Position numbers and translations under genes: made by a program. The notes under the pieces were generated by a model. The model was not told the DNA's origin, searched no databases, and saw only the letters and a program-made list of their open reading frames with translations. A DNA stretch of 64,000 bases, taken from Eledone cirrhosa (lineage: Eukaryota). Positions 15,470-28,619 of the stretch are shown here, in pieces. The stretch's first letter is position 1. Each line of letters begins with the position of its first letter. The stretch is from contig OZ024748.1 in the NCBI GenBank assembly GCA_964016885.1, positions 15,438,001 through 15,502,000 on the forward strand. Reading direction: 5' to 3'.

Positions 15470-17060
15470 GCATTATTCCATTTTCCAAAGCCATTCTCCG
15501 GAGTACAGTTGAAGGAGATGAAAGAAGAGGCAGGCAAAGAAAATCCTGGTCTGACAACATCAAATACTGGGTAGGAATCAATGATGTGACCCTTCTGTGT
15601 ATGATTGGAAGGAACGGGAGGCATCTGTAGAATGCTACAGTTGGTCTGACAACATCAAATACTGGGTAGGAAGCAATGATGTGACCCTTCTGTGTATGAT
15701 TGAGGATGGAAGGAACGTGAGGCATCTGTAGAATGCTAGAGTTGGTCTGACAACATCAAATACTGGGTAGGAAGCAACGATGTGACCCTTCTGTGTATGA
15801 TTGGAAGGAACGGGAGGCATCTGTAGAATGCTAGAGTTGGTCTGACAACATCAAATACTGGGTAGGAAGCAATGATGTGACCCTTCTGTGTATGATTGGA
15901 AGGAACGGGAGGCATCTGTAGAATGCTAGAGTTGGTCTGACAACATCAAATACTGGGTAGGAAGCAATGATGTGACCCTTCTGTGTATGATTGGAAGGAA
16001 CGTGAGGCATCTGTAGAATGCTAGAGTTGGTCTGACAACATCAAATACTGGGTAGGAAGCAATGATGTGACCCTTCTGTGTAAGATTGGAAGGAACGGGA
16101 GGCATCTGTAGAATGCTAGAGTTGGTCTGACAACATCAAATACTGGGTAGGAAGCAATGATGTGACCCTTCTGTGTATGATTGGAAGGAATGGGAGGCAT
16201 CTGTAGAATGCTAGAGTTGGTCTGACAACATCAAATACTGGGTAGGAAGCAATGATGTGACCCTTCTGTGTATGATTGGAAGGAACGGGAGGCATCTGTA
16301 GAATGCTAGAGTTGGTCTGACAACATCAAATACTGGGTAGGAAGCAATGATGTGATCCTTCTGTGTATGATTGAGGATGGAAGGAACGTGAGGCATCTGT
16401 AGAATGCTAGAGTTGGTCTGACAACATCAAATACTGGGTAGGAAGCAATGATGTGATCCTTCTGTGTATGATTGGAAGGAACGGGAGGCATCTGTAGAAT
16501 GCTAGAGTTGGTCTGACAACATCAAATACTGGGTAGGAAGCAATGATGTGACCCTTCTGTGTATGATTGGAAGGAACGGGAGGCATCTGTAGAATGCTAG
16601 AGTTGGTCTGACAACATCAAATACTGGGTAGGAAGCAATGATGTGACCCTTCTGTGTAAGATTGGAAGGAACGGGAGGCATCTGTAGAATGCTACAGTTG
16701 GTCTGACAACATCAAATACTGGGTAGGAAGCAACGATGTGACCCTTCTGTGTATGATTGGAAGGAACGGGAGGGAACATGAGGTAACTGTTGACCTCCAG
16801 TGACAAAGAACAGAGATCAGTATCAGTTCCTGATTGCCAGAACAGGTCTGACAATATCGATGACTGGACAGATCACAACATAAGCGGTAATTCTTCTGCA
16901 AATGACAGAGGACAGAGATCAATAGCAACTACTGGTTTCTAGAATTGGTCTGTCAACATCATGAAATTGACAAGAGGTCATAACATAGCGTTACTTCTAC
17001 TGCACATGACAGAGGACAGACAAAGATCAATGGTGACTGCTGACTTCAAAAACGTCCAAA
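15470..17060 (+). mobile_element. RTE LINE 3' fragment hosting a tandem array
   Basis: Frame KAILRSTVEGDERRGRQRKSWSDNIKYW matches the RTE ORF2 C-terminal consensus (ILQGxVEGxRRRGRQRKxWxDNI). Confidence 0.75.
15548..16772 (+). repeat. Minisatellite: 13 units of 95 bp (two 101-bp variants; last unit partial)
   Basis: ggtctgacaacatcaaatac recurs at 15548, 15643, 15744, 15839, 15934, 16029, 16124, 16219, 16314, 16415, 16510, 16605, 16700. Confidence 0.97.
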
Positions 17061-18449
17061 ATGGCCTTCCAATGACTGTCTGCACCATTTACAAGAACTT
17101 GAAGACAAATAATACATAGTCAATCTTTTGTTTTCGTGAGTGACAACTTAAAGAAATTAGATGGTTCTGATTCACAAAATTAAGTTGGGTGTTGTGGGCA
17201 ATATCCAAGTGTAAAGAAGCAAATAAAAGTGATTAAACGTCATTTAGCACCAGGTGTAATGATTTAACAGAAAATATATAAAAATAGGTGTTTTAATTCA
17301 AATATTTATTAGTGGAGACATCATTGGAAAAATCAGCAGTATTAGATTAAAAGCTAATTTTTAATGTTGTGCAGTCTAAGTTCTGTTTTGTAATTTTCAA
17401 GTATGATTTGTTAATGTGGTACAGGATGTTTAGAGTTAATGGAATGAAGGCATTCTTTTTTCTTTCTTTCTTTCAGAAATAAAGTATGTGTATCAAGGAC
17501 TACAATATCCAATATGCAGTTTCTCATTTTTAAGACAGTGAGGATATGATTTGAGGGAGATGATTTGGCTGCTATTTCTAGCATGTCAGGCAACTGTGTA
17601 GAGGTTTCCTATTTCAGGAGGAGTATGGAAGAGGTCATTACTAAGAATGAGAATGAAATATCAAATCTTAAGATGTACAAAGATGGAATTGGGGTGTCAG
17701 GTAAGTGGGTAGAGGTAGGGTGTCGAGTAAGGGGGTAGAGGTAGGGTGGATTAACAAACTAGGAAGGAGTGGAGGGAAATGAGGTAAGAGAGAAGGTGTT
17801 TGGTAAAGGAGTCCTGAGAAAGAGGAAAGACATGGTGTGTGGGGGGGGATGTGGGAGAGAGTTAGACGTTGTAATACAGAAAGAGAAGTAGAGAGAAGTG
17901 AGACAGAGATAGATGTAATAACAGAGAAAGTGAGTGAGAGAGGGAGTGGGGTATAGTCTCACAGATTTGGCTTTGAGAGAGAAAGAGAGGGGGGGAGAGT
18001 AAGAAAAAGAAAGAAGGAGGGTAAAAGAGGAGGAGAGAGAGAGAGGAGGGAGCCTGAGGGAGAGAGACTAACAACAACAATAAGGGTGAAAGAGAGGAAA
18101 TAGAAGGTGAGAAGTGGAGGAGAGAGACACTGATAGTGAGAAGGGGATTAGTATAGACAGACATAGATAAAATATACTTTTGTAAAAAGGAGAGAAAGAC
18201 AGACATACAGATAGATGGATAGACCCCATAAATATGTACATACATACATTGCCCACAACAGGACAACCCGTCTAACCCATGCTAGCATGGAAGAACGGAC
18301 GTAAAAGGGTGATGATGATGATGATGATGATGATGATAGACATGCTTATATTTATATGTGTACATGTATATATGTATATATGTGTGTGTGTGTGTGTGAG
18401 TTAGTGAGTTTGTGTATAAATATATAAATGATATAAACGCATTTACAGG

Positions 18450-18758
18450 CAGGGCCGGATTTAATAGGGGGAGAGGTGTCAAACGGAGCAATTGCCCCGG
18501 AGCCCCTGCAGTGGAGAGCCTGACCAGCGACTGTCATAGCAATGTATTTGTCCCTCTGCTGGGATTTTTAGTTATGGATGGTTAAATTTTTGTTTTATTT
18601 CGTACCTGTATTTATAACTTTTAAATTCCAATTACTTGCGCCAAGCAGACTTTGATATGTAAAATTGGGGGTTTGCTGTGTATTCTAATTTTGTGTGTGA
18701 GGGGGCCCTCCCCAAAACCTGAAGTCCCCTCCCCCTTCCCGGTCTAATTCCAGCCCTG
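18450..18758. mobile_element. hAT-type MITE
   Basis: Imperfect TIRs CAGGGCCGGATTTA / TAATTCCAGCCCTG; 8-bp flanks tttacagg / cttatagg resemble a decayed TSD. Confidence 0.7.
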
Positions 18759-19357
18759 CTTATAGGTAAATAGATAGACAGGTATGTGTGTTCGTGCGTG
18801 TACGTGTCTGTGCATGTGTGTGAGTGTACCTATATGTGTGTGAGTGTACCTATATGTGTGTGAGTGTACAAAGAAAAAATAATTTCGGTGACTGCAAACA
18901 AACAAAAAAAAAATACCATATATAAATTTAAAAAAAAAGACGCAACTACTAATAATACTAATTCTAGTAGTATTAGTATAAAGTTAATTAAACCTTCTTA
19001 CAAATCAATGGTTTCTAATTTAAAAACAGGGCCAAAATTTTGGTGGACAAGAGGATGGAGGAAGTCGATTAAATCAATACCAGTACTTGACTGGTATTGT
19101 CCACCTACAATCCCGGGGGGTGAATATAAAACTGATCACGGATAATTAGTATTTTTATTATATATATATATTGAAAAAGAGTGTAGTAACATTTATAAAT
19201 AATCCACTAGGACGTACATGTATGTATAAACTAATGTGCATTTACGTTTCCTTACATATGTATATACGAGTATGTATATTTATATATATATATATATGAA
19301 CAAGTATATAACGTTTATGTTCAAAGATATTTGTATGATACACACACACACATATAT

Positions 19358-19405
<48 letters not shown>

Positions 19406-19770
19406 GTGCACGTGTTAATAATATCGACCAACATTCGTTAACAACCAAAACTATACACAAAAAAGAGAAACCTACTTGTGCATGTTTATATACATGTATG
19501 TATGTTTGCAAGTATGTGTGGGTGTGGGTGTATATATATATATATATATACATCTATGTATAAAAACAACCTTTAACACAAAAAAAAATTAGAAATGTAC
19601 GTATGTATATATGTTTATATACATGTATGTATGTTTGAAAGTGTGTATATGTTTATACACAAGTATGTATAAATAAACCAAACAACAAGTATATATATAT
19701 ATATATATATACGTATATATATATATTTGAATGCGTGTATAAACACACCTCTCTGTATATAGATGTATAT

Positions 19771-19812
<42 letters not shown>

Positions 19813-19819
19813 TATATAC

Positions 19820-19852
<33 letters not shown>

Positions 19853-20060
19853 ATATAGATGTGTGTGTATATATATATAATATAGATGTGTGTGTATATA
19901 TATATATAAAAAAAACACCCGACAGCAAGTGAAACCCATATACACATAATAAAAGATAGAGAGGAGAAGGCAGAGTCACATATATATATACATATGAATG
20001 TATATATATATGTGTATATATAAATATATATGTGTGTATATATACATATGGTTTACTTAC

Positions 20061-20133
20061 CAGATTCTAGAGTAAGTTGGTGTGGTAAGAACTCATCATT
20101 ATTATTATTGTTGTTGTTATTATTCCTCCACAT
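20061..20133 (-). CDS. Candidate first coding exon, MWRNNNNNNNNNDEFLPHQLTLES(G), phase-1 donor
   Basis: ATG at 20133, 73 nt open, then G|GTAAGT; no downstream exon or homology identified. Confidence 0.4.
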
Positions 20134-20279
20134 GCTTACTATGAATATTAATATTATTATTATTAATATTTCAACGAGAAATATACTATAATATACACAC
20201 TAACGTTATATATGTATGTATATGTATGTGTATATATATATATATTATATATATTATGTGCTTAGATCACAGTTAAAAT

Positions 20280-20523
20280 TCCATATCCATTCCGACATCA
20301 CTTGCCAGAGCAGACGACACTCGTATTGGCGTATCTCTCTCTCTCTCACTCTTACTCTCTCTCCTTCTCTCTCTACTCCTCATTTTCATTCTCACACCTC
20401 CGCCTCCCTTTACTCTATTACTCTTTCTCTCTCTTCTATATCTCACTTTTTTTTTATTTTTATTTATTTTTTCTAAATTTCAATATTTTAATACTTCAAA
20501 AAAAAAAAAAAAAAAAAAAAAAA

Positions 20524-20580
<57 letters not shown>

Positions 20581-20764
20581 CTACTATTAATTAAACTTAG
20601 TATTGCCATCACCCTTCTCTCTCTACCTCTCTATATATCTCTCTTTCTCGTTATCTCTCTCTCTTTATATATCTTTCTCTCTCTCTCTTCACTTTTGTCT
20701 TTTACACTCGTTGGAATTCTTTTGGAAAACATTTTCTCTGAAATTCATTTACCATTTCTTTCTC

Positions 20765-20817
<53 letters not shown>

Positions 20818-21330
20818 ATACATATATATATATATACGTGCGTGTGTATATATATATACACGTGTCTGTGTGTGTATATATACACACATATAAATGTGTG
20901 TCTGTGTGTGTATATATATACACACATTTATATGTGTCTGTGTATGTGTATATATATATATAGTTTATTAACTTCGTCTCGCCCATCACTTGCTTTATTT
21001 AATTCACTCTTAAATCTTATTCTTTCTCCCTCATTTGTCTTCTCTAATTCTCTCTTTCTCGAACTTTCTCTCTCAATTACAACTCACACCTCCACCGACA
21101 CCTCCGACAACCCTGCTTTTCTTTCTCTTTTTTTTTATTTTTTGGCACGCGCTACTCTGCTCTGTTTCACTTTCTATCTTTCCTCTATCGCACGTGCTCT
21201 CTCTCTATCTTTCTCTCTCTCTCTCTCTCGCGCACTCTTTCCATCATCATTAACCCCCTTTTCATTTATCTATGTCTCTATCTTACTCTTTCCTCTTTTT
21301 CTCTCCGTCTTTATTAGTCGTGTTTCACGG
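20280..21330. promoter_or_regulatory. Possible promoter/5'UTR region of the minus-strand candidate gene
   Basis: Non-transposon segments with local CpG retention (gacgacactcgtattggcg; ggcacgcgct; ctcgcgcac) among CT tracts, just upstream of the candidate exon. Confidence 0.25.
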
Positions 21331-21485
21331 AAATTTGTACCTACTTTAATTCAAACACATATATATAATATATATATACACACACACACACACACATGTG
21401 TGTGTTTTATTTGTGTGTGCGCGTGTTGTACCATTAGCATTTCTACACTCATTACCCTTAATCTTTCTATATATCAGTCTCTAAA

Positions 21486-21574
<89 letters not shown>

Positions 21575-21952
21575 TTATTTATCTATCTATCTATCTCTTC
21601 GATGCTTCTCTTTCTTTCTACGGTCTTCCCACCACCACCGGAATTTCATTTTCTCTTTCGCTTTATCGTTTTATATATATATTTTTTCTGTCATCTTCAC
21701 TGTCTCTCTCTCTATTTCATCTTCACTGTCTCTCTCTCTCTCTATTTCATCTTCACTGTGTGTCTCTCTATTTCATCTTCACTGTGTGTGTGTCTCTCTC
21801 TCTCTCTGTCATCTTTACTCTATCTGTCATCTTCACTCCGTCTCTCTCTCTCTATCTATCTTCCTGTCATCTTCATTCCAGCTCTCTCTCTCTCCCCCTA
21901 CTGTAATTCTTCCCTATCTCTCTTTCAACTTTACTCCGTCTCTCTCTATCAA

Positions 21953-21993
<41 letters not shown>

Positions 21994-22156
21994 TTGTCTT
22001 CTTACTATCATCCCCACCATCGTCTACTACAACTGTTGCTACTCCTACTCCCACCACCATTGATGACACTGCCAGAGAGATTAGTCTCATTCTTACTGTT
22101 ATAATTGCCATTGGGAAAAGCATGCCTTCCACAACTTCTTTTTTCAGTAAGAAAAG

Positions 22157-22179
<23 letters not shown>

Positions 22180-22187
<8 letters not shown>

Positions 22188-22370
22188 TGAGATTCTACAG
22201 GACTAGAACCGTTTCATTCTTTAGAAATCATCAGGGATTCCTGATGACTTCTAAAGAATGAAACAGTTCTAGTCCTGTAGAATCTCATCTATATTAAAAC
22301 TTTTATACTCTGCTGTGTATTGAGTACCTTACTTACTGTGGTTACCTCCGATTCAACCCGGAATAACTTT
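22180..22370. mobile_element. Penelope-like pLTR fragment with 116-bp palindrome (22180-22295) bearing back-to-back minimal hammerhead cores
   Basis: Plus: CUGAUGA-CUUC-UAAA-GAAU-GAAAC at 22241; minus: CUGAUGA-UUUC-UAAA-GAAU-GAAAC from 22234; flanked by (TA)n. Confidence 0.7.
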
Positions 22371-22489
22371 ATATATATATATATATATATAAGTTGTAAT
22401 AAAATGAAAACGAAATTTCATTTCTCACTCTTAGTACGGCACTTACTTAAATGTAAGTATACATATATGTATGTACGTATACATACATA

Positions 22490-22600
<111 letters not shown>

Positions 22601-22625
22601 TTATTCATTTCAATATTTTGTTGAT

Positions 22626-22718
22626 TCACCAATCTGATGAGCTGGATGATGGAGTCAGGTCCATAACTTCCATGTGTGACCTTGAGCCAATCAACTGCGA
22701 AACACGTGTAACAGGTGA
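22626..22718 (+). ncRNA. Hammerhead ribozyme motif with long stem II
   Basis: UCACC..CUGAUGA-GC...GC-GAAAC-ACGU-GUA..GGUGA; related degenerate copies at ~30795-30878 (minus) and ~59100-59160 (plus). Confidence 0.65.
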
Positions 22719-22730
22719 TGTGTTCATATA

Positions 22731-23640
22731 CAGGGTGGCCCAAAATTCACACAGGGGTCGCAACTGTTTAGATTTTTTTAATTTTATAATATTTTAGAGC
22801 TGTAGAGGTGTGACAAGGATTATCGAGAGCAAAATAATTTCCATTATGTTGGGGACGCCATGCTTTGAAGCATAGAGTTACGTCCCTTTATGATCTGAGT
22901 TCAAATCCCGCCGAGGTTAACTTTGCCTTTCATCCTTACGGGGTCGATAAAATAAAGTACCAGTAATGTACTGGGTATTTGCTGGCCTTGTGCCTAAAGT
23001 AGAAACAATTATGTTGGTGAATTGGTAGTATCGGTAGCGGGTCGGACGCCATGCTTTCCAGCATAGTTACGTCCCTTTATGATCTGAGTTCAAATCCCGC
23101 CGAGGTTAACTTTGCCTTTCATCTTTACGGGGTCTATAAAATAAAGTACCAGTAATGCACTGAGTAATTGCTGGCCTTGTGCCTAAAGTAGAAACAATTA
23201 TGTTGGTGGTCAATTGGTAGTATCGGTAGCGGGTCGGACGCCATGCTTTCCAGCATAGTTACGTCCCTTTATGATCTGAGTTCAAATCCCGCCGAGGTTA
23301 ACTTTGCCTTTCATCTTTACGGGGTCTATAAAATAAAGTACCAGTAATGCACTGAGTAATTGCTGGCCTTGTGCCTAAAGTAGAAACAATTATGTTGGTG
23401 GTCAATTGGTAGTATCGGGAGCGGGTCGGACGCCATGCTTTCCAGCATAGTTACGTCCCTTTACGATCTGAGTTCAAATCCCGCCGAGGTTGACTTTGCC
23501 TTTCATCCTTACGGGGTCTATAAAATAGTATATATAACAGGAATATGGGAATGGAAGCGTTAAGTAATCATATTGACAGCCTCACCACAACCCCGGCGGA
23601 CAGAATGGAGAAGGCGTTGTGTGACTTTTGGGCCACCCTG
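22731..23640. mobile_element. Tc1/mariner-type non-autonomous element containing a SINE tandem array
   Basis: TA-CAGGGTGGCCCAAAATTCACAC ... GTGTGACTTTTGGGCCACCCTG-TA. Confidence 0.8.
22850..23527 (+). repeat. Head-to-tail array of ~3.5 SINE family A units, period 191-192 bp
   Basis: gacgccatgcttt at 22854, 23045, 23237, 23429. Confidence 0.92.
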
Positions 23641-23732
23641 TACAACAAAAGTATAAATACATGTAAACATCGTGTTTTCCTTATCCCACGCACACATATA
23701 TTATATATAAGGAAAATCGTGGCCAAAACTGC

Positions 23733-23825
<93 letters not shown>

Positions 23826-24199
23826 AGAAAGAGAGAGAGAGAGAGATTATATCGGGTTTAAACCAGTATTAAATGTTTGGAATTAACTTTCGAAATTGTA
23901 AGTTATCAGCCACCGGGACTCAACACATTAATATAAATATGTATATATATATGTATGTATATATATATATATATATACATATATGCTTATATATCAAAGA
24001 AGAGACATTAATTCCCTTCGTTTTTGAATGTATTGCCTTCTCCACCATTTATTTTTGCCTATGTATGTATGTATATACAGATTTCTCACTAATATTTAAC
24101 AGCCATTTGGATATATCATCACAGACCAAGTCAATATTTAATTAGTGTCAGTAACCTGCCATATGGGCCCTGTCCGTCTTTTGCTTACATATGTTCTCA

Positions 24200-24268
24200 C
24201 ACTGTGTGTGTGTGTGTATGTGTGTATCTATATATATGTGTGTGTGTGTGTGTGTATGTGTGTCTCTC

Positions 24269-24305
<37 letters not shown>

Positions 24306-24314
24306 ATGTGTGTA

Positions 24315-24371
<57 letters not shown>

Positions 24372-24382
24372 ATGTGTGTATC

Positions 24383-24464
<82 letters not shown>

Positions 24465-24476
24465 TATATATGTATG

Positions 24477-24511
<35 letters not shown>

Positions 24512-24754
24512 ATATATATATGTATATATGTATATATATATATATGTATATATGTATATATGTATGTATATATATATGTATGTATATATATATATAAGTA
24601 TGTATATATAAGTATGTATATATATATGTGTATGTATATATGTGTATGTATATATATATATATGTATATATATATATGTATGTATATATATATATGTATG
24701 TATATATATATATGTATGTATATATATATATGTATGTATATATATATATGTATG

Positions 24755-24791
<37 letters not shown>

Positions 24792-24818
24792 GTATGTATA
24801 TATATATATATATGTATG

Positions 24819-24856
<38 letters not shown>

Positions 24857-24862
24857 TATATA
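24200..24862. repeat. (TG)n/(TA)n/(TATG)n microsatellite
   Basis: Seen directly. Confidence 0.95.
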
Positions 24863-25430
24863 GTGAGGTTACATAGTCCAACATAACATGAAATTACAAC
24901 ATCAGCTATGTTACGAGATGCAATGAAGCTCAGAATTATAGAAAACAGATCATTACATTATATTATTGATTTCTAAATTGAGGAAAAGCTACATGTGTTA
25001 TTGATTTCTCACTGAAGCACACGGACAAATATTTTTAAAGGAATAAATAGTTTAGTAAATTATCGACCCTAGAATTTAACTGGTACATATGTTGCGGACG
25101 TCTCTGGGGCCCTTTGGCTAAATCCTCATGTTGTAAGTTAAGAAAAAGGACACCTTATATAATATGGCTTTATAGTTTATTACAGTTTTACATTAATGAC
25201 CCCAGTATTTAACTGGTATATATTTTAACTAGCTAATGTGAATTCACTAATGAGGGGGACATCTTTGGGGTCCTTGGCTACATCCTCATGTTGTAAGTTA
25301 AGAAAAAGGACATTATATAATATGGCTTTATAGTTTATTACAGTTTTACATTAATGACCCCAGTATTTAACTGATATATATATATATCAAGGGCGGTGCC
25401 TCAGCCGGATGGCTGAAACAGGTAAAAGAG

Positions 25431-25486
<56 letters not shown>

Positions 25487-25583
25487 TATATATTATATAT
25501 ATATATATATTATATATTATATATATTATATATTATATATATATATATATATATATTATATATTATATATATATATTATATAT

Positions 25584-25616
<33 letters not shown>

Positions 25617-25654
25617 ATATATATATATATAATATATATATTATATATATATAT

Positions 25655-25702
<48 letters not shown>

Positions 25703-25718
25703 TATTATATATATATAT

Positions 25719-25767
<49 letters not shown>

Positions 25768-25769
25768 TA

Positions 25770-26115
25770 GGCACATGGCTTAGTGGTTAGAGCATTGGCC
25801 TTGCAATTGAAAGGTTGCGAGTTCAATTCTCAAACCGGGTGATGTTTCCTTGAGCAAGACACTTTATTTCACATTGATCCAGTTTACTCAGCTGTAGAAA
25901 TGAGATGATAGGGATGGGGGTCCCTATCGTTCCACTGCAAAGTGGTCGTGGAGGTGCCACAGCAAAAAAAAAAAGCACCCAGCACTCACTGTAAACGAGT
26001 TTGCTGTTAGGAAGGGCATCCAGCTGTAGAAATCAAGCCAGAATCAGTTCCCGTCCCACCCTTGCAAGCAGGGAAAAGCGGATGTAAAATTATGATGATG
26101 ACGACGACGATGATG
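25770..26115 (+). mobile_element. Apparently full-length tRNA-derived SINE (family C) with an RTE-derived tail
   Basis: A box tggcttagtgg, B box gagttcaattc; 3' end cgtcccacccttgcaagcagggaaaagcggatgtaaaattatgatg nearly identical to the RTE tail at 14242-14293. Confidence 0.85.
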
Positions 26116-26134
26116 ATATATATATATTTTAAAC

Positions 26135-26395
26135 TAAAAATGGGCAAAACGAACTGGCAGGAGGCCGAGGGGTAGACCCTGATCAAGAGGGTCGGATAAC
26201 ATCCATTATCTTGGGTGGTCTCGCTTGGGGATCCAGCCGGATCAGTTGGAGATGGTTGCTTCTGACAGGGCCCGCTGGATGGAGTGTTTGAGGACTCTGC
26301 CTCCAAGACCCTCTCAGGAATAAGTGGGTGAAGAAGAAGAAAAATGAGACGAAGAAGAAGAAAAGGAGGAGGAGGAGGAGGAGGAGGAGGAGGGG
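26135..26395 (+). mobile_element. RTE (Expander/Rex3-like) LINE 3' fragment with (GAA/GGA)n tail
   Basis: Frame GRRPRGRP*SRGSDNIHYLGWSRLGIQPDQLEMVASDRARWMECLRTLPPRPSQE*. Confidence 0.7.
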
Positions 26396-26838
26396 GAATT
26401 TTGAAGTATCCAATATGGATTCACAACTATGAGGACTTTCCTGACATCCCTTGATTACATCTTGATGTTAAGAGAAGTGACACAGTAGATAACATGGATT
26501 GACATATCTCTAAAAATGGAATGGTCATCCTTGGAATACCTTTCATTGTATGTCTTTGAAAGCAAGTACCTTAGTGGTTAGGATATTGGGGTCACGATCA
26601 TAATATGATGGGTTGCTTTCCATAATAGGACTGGAGATCCTATCATTGAAATATCCCAGAAACCTCTAATGACATGCAACTCATAAGAAGCCAGCTAAAC
26701 CTACAGAGGTGAGAGATCTAATAACATAACTATGTGGGTGTTAGGTTTGGAGGTGCTATCACTGAAATATTCCAGAAACCTTTTATGAAATGTAATTCAT
26801 AGGAAGCCAGCTAAACCTACATTAGCATGAGAGGTTGT

Positions 26839-26879
<41 letters not shown>

Positions 26880-26910
26880 TATACATATATGGGTGTGTAT
26901 ATATATATAC

Positions 26911-26960
<50 letters not shown>

Positions 26961-26978
26961 GTGTGTGTATATATAGAC

Positions 26979-27021
<43 letters not shown>

Positions 27022-27137
27022 TGTGTGTGTATATATACATATGTATATATATATATATACATATATGTGTGTGTATATATATATATATGTATATACATAT
27101 GTGTAAATATATATGTGTAAGTATATGTGTATATATA

Positions 27138-27180
<43 letters not shown>

Positions 27181-27233
27181 ATATATATGTGTGTGTGTGT
27201 ATATATATATATATGCGTGTGTATATATATATA

Positions 27234-27264
<31 letters not shown>

Positions 27265-27279
27265 GTGTGTATATATATA

Positions 27280-27370
<91 letters not shown>

Positions 27371-27379
27371 ATATATATA

Positions 27380-27433
<54 letters not shown>

Positions 27434-28079
27434 TATATACACACATTTCTAAGAGCAAATTCTTTAAGCAGATCCAAGTGATAACTCTCTATTATCAACT
27501 ACAATTTATCACAGCATTGTCAGAGTTGTAAAAAGACATGTCATCTTAGCATAATTTGGTGAATCATATTTCAATTTTCAAATCTTGCCAAACTTACCTC
27601 CAACTTCTCATCCAAAGGAACAATCAATAAAATAGTCATTTGTAATTCTTTCTAGGCTAAAACTTTATGGTAAGAAGCTATACACATACCTAATCTATGA
27701 CATGTTGTGGAATATCAAATGGACTTTAAAAGATATAGATTTCTTTTCTTATTCTGGCAAGGCAATTTTATAACTAGAACTGGAAATTCTGTTAAATATA
27801 GATTTCCTACGAAGTTACGAGGCGCCAGATTTTGCATGGGGAAAAAGAAATGGGAGCTTTAATGGCTGTTTCTTTGCCCTATACCCACGTACCCACCCAC
27901 CACCAAGAGTAGAAGTTGCATAACTCAATTTAATTGAAATAATTTCAGCAAATAAGCAAAACCAGACCACAGAACTGGTTTTCCTATATTCATCTTTTGT
28001 GTGTGTATATATATATATATGGTTTTCCTATAAATATCTTTTGTGTGTATATATATATATATATATATATACATATCAG

Positions 28080-28332
28080 ATATGTTGATTTAAAACTGCA
28101 CTATCCACAAGTGTTTTTTAGCCTTCATATCATGTTCTCCTGTTTTATCTGATGAAAACACAAATATTATTGCATGATGATGTTTGTTTTTGAAATGCGC
28201 ATAATAAAATACATGGAACTCCTTTAACCATCTTTTGATCTTATATTATGTATACTCCAGTCCTACAAACTGTAGAGTGCTTCTTATCCGATATCTGCAT
28301 TGCTTTATTGTACTACAATAAAACTTACCTCC

Positions 28333-28336
<4 letters not shown>
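28080..28336 (+). mobile_element. Single ~255-bp hammerhead-containing pLTR-like element between (TA)n tracts; hammerhead at 28141-28211
   Basis: Homologous to 5370-5626 (reverse complement); 8-bp stem I UGUUUUAU/AUAAAAUA, CUGAUGA, GAAA, palindromic UGCGCA, UA cleavage site. Confidence 0.8.
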
Positions 28337-28381
<45 letters not shown>

Positions 28382-28386
28382 TATAT

Positions 28387-28425
<39 letters not shown>

Positions 28426-28548
28426 CACACATATATATATATATACACATATATGTAGGTACACATATGCTCACTTGTAGTGGGAGTGCTAGCATGGTGT
28501 TCCTAACTACAATGGCATATCAAAAACAAAAAACATTACAACTTAACA

Positions 28549-28619
28549 CCTGTTTGATGAAAACACATAAAAGGGTTATTACACAAAACCTTTGATGTCT
28601 TTGAAATACGTATAGAAGG
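28549..28619 (+). ncRNA. Degenerate hammerhead motif (C3 mutated)
   Basis: UUGAUGA-AAACAC...AAAGGGUU/AACCUUU...GUCUUU-GAAA-UACGUA-UA. Confidence 0.45.

Noticed and set aside
15548-16772. CRISPR-like regular array
   Set aside because: Whole units are repeated with no unique spacers, there are no cas genes, the context is eukaryotic, and the unit derives from an RTE LINE
20302-21906. 534-aa plus-strand ORF
   Set aside because: Made of CT, TA and poly-A low-complexity tracts; no protein-like composition
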